Below are positions 25,701-36,421 of a DNA stretch of 64,000 nucleotides, one piece after another; within the stretch, counting starts at the first letter, position 1; each line of letters begins with the position of its first letter. The stretch comes from Chrysemys picta bellii. Its lineage: Eukaryota. The stretch covers positions 84,258,001 to 84,322,000 of the forward strand of contig NC_088797.1 in NCBI RefSeq assembly GCF_011386835.1, written 5' to 3'. Under the pieces are notes generated by a model that saw nothing but the letters and a program-made list of their open reading frames with translations, searched no databases and had not been told where the DNA came from. Both the position numbers and the translations under genes were made by a program.

Positions 25701-26483
25701 ATGTCCTTTCCTCGCCACCTAGCTACTGAGCAGCCACACTGAGGTGAAGAGCTGCCAGGTTGGGGTGGAGGAGGCGGCCCTGGTCCTGAGAGAGCAGGTC
25801 CGGGCGGAGTGGCAATGGCCACGGCGGAGTCACCGCCAGCCCGAGAGGGTCCCGTACCAGTGCTGCCTGGGCCACGCTGGGGCAATGAGGAGGACCCTGG
25901 CTTTGTCTGTCTTTATTTTCTCCAGGACCCTGCTCATCAGAGGGAATGGGGAAAAAGGCGTAGAGAAGCTGGCCTGACCAGGATAGAATAAAGGCATCAG
26001 AGATAGCGCCCTTCCCTAGGCCCGCCCCGGAGCAGAACCGGGGGCATCGTCGGTTCTGCCGGGTCGCAAATAGGTCTACCTGGGGAGTTCCCCACCTTCA
26101 GAAGAGCTAGTGGGCCACTTCCGGGTGTAGAGACCACTTGTGCTGAGAGGAAAAGTCTCTGCTCAAGTGATCCGCCCTCACGTTCTGGGCGCCTGGCAGG
26201 AGAAAGGCTTTTAGGTGGATGTCGTGGGCTATACAGAAGTCCCACAGACTGAGGGCTTCGTGGCAGAGGATTGGGCCCCACCTTGCCGGTTGATATAGAA
26301 CATTGAGGCCATATTGTCCGTGAGGATCCTGACTACCTTGCCCTTCAGATGTGAGCGGAAGGCCATACATGACGGTCACACTGCCCTGAGTTGACATTTA
26401 TATGAAGGGTCAGGTCTTGCAAAAACCACAGGCCTTGGGTCTGAAAATTCCCCATATGTAGCCCCCAGCCCAGGTCCGGTGCA

Positions 26484-27368
26484 TCAGACACCAGCTCCAA
26501 CGACAGGGCCCTGTCCCTGAACAGGACCCCTTGGAGCATGTTGCTTGGGGCGGACCACCACCGCAGGGAGGTGATCACCAAGTTCGGCATGGTGAGGACC
26601 TTGTCTATTCTGTCCGTGGTCTGGGAGAACTTCGAGGCCAGCCAGAGCTGGAGGGGCCTCATCCTGAGTCTGGCGTGGCGGACCACATACGTGAACGCCG
26701 ACATGTGACCTAGCAGCTGCAGGCAAGCCCCGGCTGTCGTCACTGGGAACCTTGCAATTGAGTTGATGAGCCCTTTCAGGGTCTCGAACCTGTCTGGGGG
26801 GGAGAGAGGCCCTGGCCGACGTTGCGTCCAGGAGCACCCTGATAAACTCTATGCGTTGGACCAGGACTAACATGGACTTGGTGTTGTTTACCAACAGGCC
26901 CAGGGCAGTGCATGTGGACAGGAGGAGTGCCACATGATCCCTCACCTGTGATCGGGAGTTGCCCTTGACCAGCCAGTCGTCCAGACACGGGAATATCTGG
27001 ACCCCCCGGTGCCTGAGGTAGGCCTCTATTACCAACATGCACTTTGTAAAGACCCTGGGGGCAGTGGACAGACCAAATGGGAGGATCGTGAATTGGTAGT
27101 GATTCTGTCCCACCACGAAACGGAGGAAGCGCCTGTGCCCTTTGAATAGGTGGATGTGGAAGTACGCATCCTGTAGATCGAGGGCAGCGTACCAGTCCCT
27201 AGGATCCAGGGAGGGGATGATGGAGGCCAGGGAAACCATGCGGAACTTGAGTTTCACCATGTACTGGTTCAGGCCTCGCAGATCCATGATGGGCCTGAGC
27301 CCCCATTTGGCCTTCAAGATAAGGAAATACCAGGAGTAATACCCCTTGCCCAGGAACTCCTTGGGCAC
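26484..27368 (-). pseudogene. DIRS reverse transcriptase, disrupted
   Basis: LRPIMDLRGLN...WYAALDLQDAYFHI...YQFTILPFGLSTAPRVFTK...FPCLDDWL. YLDD has become CLDD and the frame shifts near 26790. Confidence 0.9.
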
Positions 27369-28726
27369 CGCCTATATCGCTCCTAGTTCCAGGAGCCGTC
27401 CGACCTCCTGCTCGAGCAGAGCCTCGTGCAATGGGTCCCCCAAGAGGGACAGGGGCGAGGGTGGGGTGGGGTGTTGGGCAGGGAGGAGGTAAACTGAAGG
27501 GTATAACCTCAGGAGATGGTGTCGAGGACCCATTGGTCCAAGGTGAGCCGCGACCATTCTGGGAGGAAAGCACACAACCGACTGGAAAAAGGGAGCTTTA
27601 TTGGGGGTGGATCCCTGCTGAGAACTAGCGAGGTACCCCTGAGCATCCAGTCAAAAACGCCTTTTACCCGCCTGCTTGCCCTTAGAGAACCCAGGCTGGG
27701 GGGCAGGCCAAGACTGCCTCTGCAGGCGTTTTCTATAGTCCCGCTGCTTCTTAGGGGCGGCCTCGTACTTTGGAGGGCAGGAGCCTGCTGCAGCTTGCAC
27801 TTGGGTTTTGCCAGAGCAGGGACATAGAGGCCCAAGGTCTGGAGGGTCATGCGAGCGTCTTTCATGCCGTGCAGACTTGTGTCCGTTTCCTCAGCAAACA
27901 GAGCTTTCCCGTCGAAAGGGAGATCCTGCATTGATGACTGCGCTTTGCTGGATAGCCCAGAGAGCAGGAGCTTGAACGACTTGCAGATCTTGCACTTTTC
28001 GCTGATATGGGTTTCTTCCAAGCAGCGCAGACAGTCCACATGCAGGTCACTCCTTGGCATAGAACGCCTACAAGAGCTGCACGACTTAAATCTCGGGGCG
28101 CAGGGCACTAACTAACTAAACAAACAATGAACGAACAGTTCTGGGGACAAGCTGCAGCAAAGCTGGAGCTGAGCAGTTCTGACGCACCTTCACTGGCAGC
28201 AAGAAAGAACTGAGGGTCAGGAGAGCGCGCAGCTCCCCTTATACCATGCCAGGCAGGTGCCACCCCAGGGGTCATGGGGGGCGCTCCCCCCCCCCCCCCC
28301 CAACGGGTACTGCTAGGGGAAAAACTTCCGGCATCAGTGCACGTGGCGAGCATGCACACCTATTGTGGAATACACATGAGCAATCACTCGAAGAAGAACT
28401 TGTATAATGTCGAGAAGATATTTTAAGGATGTATAGTCCAAAAAAGGAAATGGGCTTTTTTTCAGTTTATAAAACACCTGGATAAACATTTTAAAATATT
28501 TTCATTTCCTTTCTGCCTGCATGACTTCATAAGGCACCACACAAAAGTAAAAGTAATTCAGAATATATAACTTGTTTTGACTACACAACCTTGTCATCAC
28601 ACCCATGCACTAAAATTTATTTGGCCACTTGTTGACTAATGCATTGCATATTATGATAAGGAAAATTCCTACTGGTTTGTGTGTCTAGATATTTATCTAG
28701 GCACTATTTAAACAAAAAACAAAAAC

Positions 28727-28756
<30 letters not shown>
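28727..28756. repeat. (CA)n microsatellite
   Basis: Direct reading. Other (CA)n tracts lie at ~31922-31958, ~55650-55670 and ~63866-63895. Confidence 0.9.
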
Positions 28757-28757
<1 letters not shown>

Positions 28758-29232
28758 CAAAAAAACCTCACATCTGGGTCACCTGCCAGTAAATGGAGCT
28801 CTGGGATGGTTTTTTTGAGTAGATGAAACTATCATTCAAACAAGAGATGTCTGAAACCACCAAAGACCCTTAAACCTAAATTCTTTGAACACAAAAGTTC
28901 ATGTGTTAACAAACATTTTTTTTTGTTAACTTTTTCTCCTTAAAAATTTAATGCATATGGTTCTCTCTCAGTTCTCTGCAAGGTTTGTCCAAGAGACTTT
29001 AGAGAGATCAGATATGAAACATTAAGTGTGAGGATGAATCTGTGGAAATTAAAGAGATTCCATTTACTGTTAGCAAAATTATGCTACCTCATCTTTAGGG
29101 AAACTGGAAAGCTTAATTTCAACATAGGAATGTGGGGGCAGGAAGTGCTGGAGAGGCAATACCATCAAGTGTTTTGCTTTTGCATTTTAAATGTATACCA
29201 GTTTAATATACTCTAACTAAACTAGTACTTAC

Positions 29233-29416
29233 CTTCTCCAGTTCTTTCCAATCATAATTTGTGTTCCCAATCACCATCGCCTGCAGCTCACTGGGCTGGA
29301 AGAGCTGAAGAACTTTACCACCACACACCTTATGAAAGCCTGTGTGGAATGCATTAAATAAGGAAGCCACTGATTTACTGAAGATGTAATCCACATAGGC
29401 ATCTACAAATTCTTGC
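29233..29416 (-). CDS. HERC4: HERC4 coding exon (184 nt)
   Basis: TACAG acceptor; g+QEFVDAYVDYIFSKSVASLFNAFHTGFHKVCGGKVLQLFQPSELQAMVIGNTNYDWKELEK; GTAAGT donor. Confidence 0.96.
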
Positions 29417-30644
29417 CTGTAGAGTGAAGACAAAAGCAAACACATTTTAAAAACTGAAGATATTTAAGTACCATTCTTCCATGAATAAATCAATGGTCAA
29501 CCTAGCACAAAATACGGATTTTAAGATACTGTATTCTGCCTACGGTCTTTGCTGTGGCCACAATGAAGATCCTTTGACCATGAGCAGAGCATTAATTCAA
29601 TTCTTCCCAAAACTGAGAGAGTATGGAGTGGACAAACAACAACATTAAATAATGCATTTCAGACAACATGAGCCTTTTAATTATTTGTACCCTCCATAAT
29701 GAATTGGCTCTTCCGGAAACTTGCACTGCCTCTTGTAATGCTGATTCTCAGTGTAGTGGTCTGAAACTCATTATTCAAGTCACTGTTCCTTTAATAAAAA
29801 GGGTTATTTTCAGTTTTAGGGAGTGATTGTGTATGCTCCGTGTTGGAAGACAAGTTCGTAACTCCCATGGATATCTCATGTTCTGTATAGTGTCTTGGAT
29901 CACACAGAAAGGGTTAATTATGGTTAGGGAAGGACTATGAGAACTACTCCTTGTTACTAAAGAGCATGAACATATCAGGCAAGATACTTGAAATGTTTGC
30001 ACTCAAATACAGATGGCAAAAATCCAATAATTTACTAGTTTACTTTTGACTGTGAATATTTTTACACCAGTTTAGTCAGCACTAAGTGGTTCAATCATGC
30101 TGCCGTTATTTCTGTTAGCAGATTACCAGTACCCTACCAATACATTTTCTTCAGGGAAATCCATAGTATTTTTGTGTATTATCAGGGTCATCATTTATCT
30201 CAGAAGGATCATTTGAATGCACCTTGCAAACAGCCTGGCATTTGTTTGGGTGGTTGCCACGCAAATCTTTACAACGCTACCTTTTGCCTAGGTAATGTTG
30301 CTGCAATATTCACAATATTATTAAGACTGTAATTGAGATTGCTATACAAAGGAAAATAAAAGGTGCTAAATGATAGAGGACTGTAAAAACTCTCAAAACA
30401 CAGTCAGTGTCAGACGATAATCAGTACTAACAAATTATTGATAAAGCACACCTTCCCAGTACACTTCAGGCAGTACCTGAATCTCTTGGCATGCTTCCAA
30501 TTCATGTAAATATACAACAATTAAGCAGGCAAACCAAAAAAGTGAATAGACATCTTCATGAAACAACAGGTACTTCCTTAACAATGAAATCCCACAAATA
30601 CTGGCAGCACCATAGTGATCCTTTACTATCAGCCAAGAATTAAA

Positions 30645-31921
30645 AAAAAGAGGCTACTCACCTGTAACTGGAGATTTTTCAAGATGTGCAGTCTACCTGT
30701 ATTCCACACATGGGTATGCGAGCACATGATCTCAGACCAGAAAATCTTGAAAATAATGTCTGTTGGTCTGTGCCTGCACCCTGTGCTTGATACTAATGGT
30801 ACAAGGGGAGGTACAGAGCAACTACCTCTCCAGTTCCTTCTCTACTACAAATCCAGTCGTGTCCAAAGCAGAGAGGAAGAAAGGCAAGTAGTGGGATATG
30901 GATCTGGACCGCACATCTCAAAGAACCTCCAGTGACAGGTGAGAATGCTAGTCCCTATGAGTATTTCACAGGTGGGTGACTGGCAAGCAGCAAATAAACA
31001 GGAAGGGAGGTGAGAGGATGCAGGAGTACAGATATCTGTAACATTGCAATTCTGCTTGTAGCAACACATAATACTCCTTGAAAGTGCAGATGGAATTCCA
31101 GGTTGCTCCCTTACAAATGTCTAGCAGAGGGACTTCTCAAAGAAATGCTACTGAGGTTGCCTGTGCTCTAGTAAAAAGGGCCTTCAGCCTATCTGGAGGA
31201 GGGAGATGCACCAACTGATAGCAAAGGAGGATACAACCAGATATTCACTTAGAGAGTCTCTGAGCAGATATCGCTTGTCCCCATGCTCGCTCTGCTATAG
31301 CAACAAAGAATCTAGGTGATTTTCTAAATGATTTCACTCTTTGCAGGTAGAATGCCAATGCTCATCTGATGTCGAGAGAACAAAGACTCCTCTACTCGCT
31401 GGACGCGTGAGGCAAAGAATATCAGTAAAGCAAATCAACTGGTTTATGTAGACCTTGGAAGTTACCTACAGGATGAATTTGGGTGAAGGCAAAGGAATAC
31501 CTTCTCTTTATGAAATGTAGGTGTATGACAGGTAGACCATGAGGGCCTCCAGCTCACCTTCTCTCCTGGCCAACATAATGGTCCTCTGGAAGGCAACCTT
31601 CATAGAAGATGGGACCTCAAGAACATGGTCGACGGTTTGAAAGATGGCCTGTTAAGTGTTGAAGGTATGAGTGTAAGATCCCACTGTGGCGCTGGCTTCA
31701 CTATTGGTGCGGAAATCCTAATCAGAATCTAGGAATTTGGTTGTTACCGGGTGAGTAAAAATAGAATAGTCATCTACTGGCAGATGGAACGTACTGATTA
31801 CTTCTAGTTGGATTCACAGCAAGCTAATGGAAAGCCTTGTCTTGACAGTGAAGACAGTCTAAAATAGAAGCAAGACCTGCTGGCCCTCATGATAATTGGT
31901 TCTGTTGCACCCAGAGAGAGA

Positions 31922-31960
<39 letters not shown>

Positions 31961-34900
31961 CTACCTCTATTTGGTTAGGTAACATTTCCTGCTGTAATTA
32001 TGAATAGTTTGAATGGCCTGCGAAGATGAATGCTCTAGGTCTGACACCCATCCAAATATCAAGCGATGAGAAAGATCAAGAGAGTCCAGGATGGGATCTC
32101 TGATACTTTCTTTCTCCTGAGTCAGCAGGTCCAGAAAGGACTAAATACTGATGGGTTGACATTCATAGGCAGACCAGAAAGCATAACTGTCTGGGCCAGT
32201 TGGGTGCGATGAGGATGACTTGTGCTTTGTCATGATAAATCTTTCACAGAACCTTAGGTAGTAGCGGGATGAGAGGTAAGTCATGACAGGAATGTCCACT
32301 GCCACAGAGTCCTGACCCTGTACTGCTCTGGAACAACATAAGTTGAACTTCTCGTTCATCTGGGAGATTAACGGGTCCCAAGATGGTGTCCCCCACTAAA
32401 CGATGCCATGTTCATGATGCTCATGTTCATGAACTGAATTCATGATGTTCATCACTGAATTGCATAACTCTCACTCGTGATCAATGACCAAATGCCTGCT
32501 GAGGCCATCCACCAGCGAGTTCTGAGTACCTGGGAAGTACATTACAGAAACTGTGATGTGGTTCCATATACACTAATTCCATAAATTGACCAACTCTACA
32601 CACGGTGGGGGGGGGGGGAGGGAGGGAGAGAGAGATTGTCATGTTGGGTGTCAGAGGTAGGAAAGGTATGCCAATGCACACATGTTCCAGGTTCATCTAC
32701 TAGGTCAGTGATACTCTGACATTGACAGGGATTGTCACTATGGTGTTCATGCTATGTCTGTCTGGCATATTACTAACCAGAGCCAGAGAAGCAGCCTAGC
32801 AAACAATGTTATATAAGTACAGAAGGCCATGTGGCCTAGCAAAGAAAGACAGACCTGGACTGTTGTTCAGGGTTTGAGAGTCACTTAGTTTATCAGACTG
32901 CTCATGGCATGGAGTCTGTTCACAGAGCATCCTGCTGTTAAGTCTAGGGTCATTCCTATAAAGTCTATCAGCTGCATGGAGGTCAGATTAGACATCTTCA
33001 CGTTCACACAGACTCCCAAGAATACCAGGAGGCAGAGCAAGGACAAGGTTGCCAACTGTACTTCCAGACAGTATTTACCTGTTAGAAGCCAGTCGTCCAA
33101 GTACGGGAAGACATTGTAGCCATTTTGTCTTATCTATGGTGCCACCATTGAGAAGTCCTTTATGAAGACCATAGGTGCTGTGGCCAGGCCAAACTGGAAT
33201 TCACTGAACTTGTAGTGTTACCTGTCCTACCAGAAACCTGAGGAACCTTCGCTGGAATGGGTGAATGTCCACATGAAAGTAAAAAGCAACAGAGGGTCCT
33301 GTGGCACATGAAAGTAAGCATCTTTCGTATTGAGAGCTGCAAACCATGTGTCTTTTCCAAGGAGGGAATTATTGATGCCAACATAACCATGCAGAATTTT
33401 AAATTGCAAATAAAAATATTTAGCTGAGTAGGTTGAGAATGGACCTTCATCCTCCCTTTTTCTTTGGATCTATGAAATATTTGGAGTAGAACCTTCTACT
33501 TGATGGTAAAATGGCACTTGTTCTATTGCTTCTCATTTGAGGAAAGAGTCCACCTCCTCTTGGAGGATCTCCTCATGAGTGGTCCCTCAACAGGGACTGG
33601 GAAGGAGTTATTGGAGAAGTTGGACAAAGAAACTCAATGGTGTAGCCAAAGTGGATGATATCTAGTACTCACTTGCCCATTGTTATAGCCCTCCAATTGT
33701 ATGAAAATAGGCTAGAGCTCAGCAAAGTTGACGTCAGAAACACGCAGGGATGGCATCACTGTTAGGTTGCAACTCAAGCGTCCCATCAAAAGTAACCTTT
33801 AGTCAGTGGATGAGGTTGGATGGCTGCCATAGAGGTGGATGGGGCTGAATACCTTGGCCTCTGCACTCCTTGATGATTATATGGCAGTTTGTATAATCGT
33901 TGCTGGTAGAAAGGCTGTGGAAGAGGCCTTGGCTTATACCTGTTTATGATGTTTTCTCTTCATAGCTAGGGTATAAATTCCCAGGGAGCGGAGGGTTGTT
34001 GTGGTGTCTTAAGTATAAAGACTCATTTGTTTTATTGTTAAAGAGGCTGGTTTAATTGAAGGGAAAGTCCTTGATGGTATTCTGAACCTCCCTGGAGAAC
34101 GCCAAAGAATGAAGCCATGACACTCGCTGCATTACTTTTGTGGTCAATGTAGATCTTGATATGGTATCCACCAGGTCCACTGTATCTTGCAGTGAGGTTT
34201 TAGCCACAAGTCTACCTTCCTCAACAAGGGCTTGGAATTGGCCCTGTCCACCTGGAAAAGTATCATCTGTGAACTCCAGGAACTTAGAGCAATTCATAAA
34301 CATCACAGTTCGCTAACAGGGCCTGTTAGTCAGAGATTCTGAACTGGAGGCTGGTGGATGTAAATACCTTCCTTCCCTGAAGGTCCAGTGTTCAGCTCCC
34401 TTGCCTGCAGGGGTGATCTTATGGTGCTGCTGCCCTGATCTTTCCATGGCTGCTTGTACTACTAGGGAATAGGGGGCAAGGTGGGTAAACAAGAATTCTG
34501 CTTTCACAGGCAAAAAGTAATGTTTCTCAGGCCTTTTAGAAGTAGAGGTATATGTTGCTGGTGTACACCTTACCACTCCAGCTGGTTCCTTAATGGCCTC
34601 ATTCACCAGAAAAGCTACCCTATTGGATCTGGTGGGCTGCAGGATCTTCGAGACATGTGCTGTGTATCTTGTACTACTTCTAATGGAATATGAAGTTCTG
34701 CAATAGTTCTTGACATTGCCTATGCTCATCTGGTGGGGATGGTGAAGATGGGGCAATTGCATCATCGGGTGAGGAACACAATATACAGGTTGGTACTGCT
34801 GGTACCAGCAAATGTGGCTTGTTGACTTCCTCCTCCAGGTACTCCTGTGGACTCCTGTGCTGCTGTCTAGAAAGAAGAGGGGGATGATATGACTCTAGTA

Positions 34901-36421
34901 GAGTGCACTGATCTGGTGTGTCATGCATAAGAATCCCATGGACCCAACAGAACCGGTATGAAGGATGAAAAACTAGTTGGGTGGGGGCCGCAAGGCATTG
35001 AGTACCAGTGATTTCTGGGAGGGTAACCACGCTTGAGTGGAGATTGAGCCCTAGAAACTCTGAAACCTGACTGGTCTAACCTCCCTGGGCTGTGGAGGCG
35101 ATGGTCCACCCTGGATATTGGATTCAGCCAACAAGAAAGCTGGATCCAGCTCCATCGGGGATACTGTTGTTGTCAGTGGGAGGAAGCTCCAGCCTAGGGA
35201 CTGTCTAGGGGAGTAAATCCTTATTGGGGTGGTATCCTTTTCTGGGGTCAAAGTGACCCTCAGAAGGACTGTGACTAAAAGAGGAGGGCAAAGATAACTT
35301 CCAGATTAGTTTATGTCTCTACTGATCCCAGAATACAAGGGGTCCCAGTTGACGGTTCTGCTGTGCCAGACTTAGTGGTTGGCGGGTCCTTATGGGGCCA
35401 AGTCGGTACTATTGCAAAGAGTGAGAGTCTTGTCTAGAGCTCTTGGTAGGTCCTGGCAGATATCGGTCCTGCGGCTTGCTAGAGGTCATCGTCTGCACTG
35501 GAGCTGCTACCACTGGAGCTTTGCTTCTGTGCACTCTCTCTTCACATTTGAGAGGCTTAGGCAGACCTAAATCTTTGGGACCTGCATGCAAAGACTCACC
35601 TGACCTGGAAGGAGTCAGAGAAGCATCCCTTTTCCTGGAAGCAGGTTTAGAGGGGGACCTGTTTTTATATCTGTGAAAGTGCCTCTTATTCTCATGAGAA
35701 GCCCGAGATGGTGGGTCTTCAGGATTTATCTGATCCAGCTTCTGCTACAGAAAGCACAAAGCTTGAAGACTGCTTCTGATGTACAGGGTGGTCTCCCTGA
35801 TATGGATCTGACTGGAGTCATGTGGCTTTCTCCATGAGGGGCTTCCTCACTTGGAGCTCTCATCTCTCTTGGGTCCAGGGTGGGAAGGAACAACAGATAT
35901 TACACTGGCAGAGACATGCCTCCTCTAAGGCAGTACAGGCAGCCCCGGTGGTCGTTGCTGACAGAGAAGCTGTGAGGACAAGAGAGAGTTTTAAGTCCCA
36001 AAATTTTGGGCACAGTCCTACTCCCGGGAAGAGAGAGACAGACAGGGTCCCTAAGGTGGGGAAAAAACTAAGCTTCTCTATGTAAAATTTAAAAAAATAC
36101 ATTAAACTACTTTAAAACAAACAAACAAAACAAAACACACAACAAAAACACTAACAAACTATGTACAATTACATTTGCAAAGGTAAAAGTAAGGTGAGAA
36201 TAACTGTGGGCACAGAGGACTCCGATTCAGGCCATGCGGAGGTAAGAAGGAAATGGAGAGGCGGTCAGTCTGTACTTTGCTTTATACTCTTCGTGCTAAG
36301 CACGGGGAGATCCAGGGTGCAGGACCAATGGATACTACCGGAAAGATTTTTCTGGTCTCAGGTGTACGAGATGCATGCATACCGACATGTAGAATATATA
36401 GAGGGACCAGCACTCAAAGAA
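30645..36421 (-). mobile_element. DIRS1-like retrotransposon #3, full-length but decayed (~5.8 kb)
   Basis: Diverged ITRs at ~30690-30870 and ~36230-36400, partly deleted ICR ~30905-30970. RT remnants (FAALNTKDAYFHV, DDWLLTG), gag remnant (SWLHSLAFSREVQNTIKDFPF) and YR region ~31000-31950. Confidence 0.85.

Larger units (their letters stand above)
24305..28398 (-). mobile_element. DIRS1-like retrotransposon #2, young, with internal gag deletion (4094 bp)
   Basis: ITRs of about 200 bp (~24340-24530 and ~28200-28398), ICR 24558-24653, terminal GAA at both ends. RT ORF 26484-27368, RH/MT ~25900-26480, YR 24669-25700. Confidence 0.95.

Noticed and set aside
29695-29790. Possible intronic C/D snoRNA (ATAATGAAT...CTGA...CTCATTAT terminal stem)
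   Set aside because: The C box is non-canonical and the D-box spacing to the stem is wrong; no guide target is identifiable.
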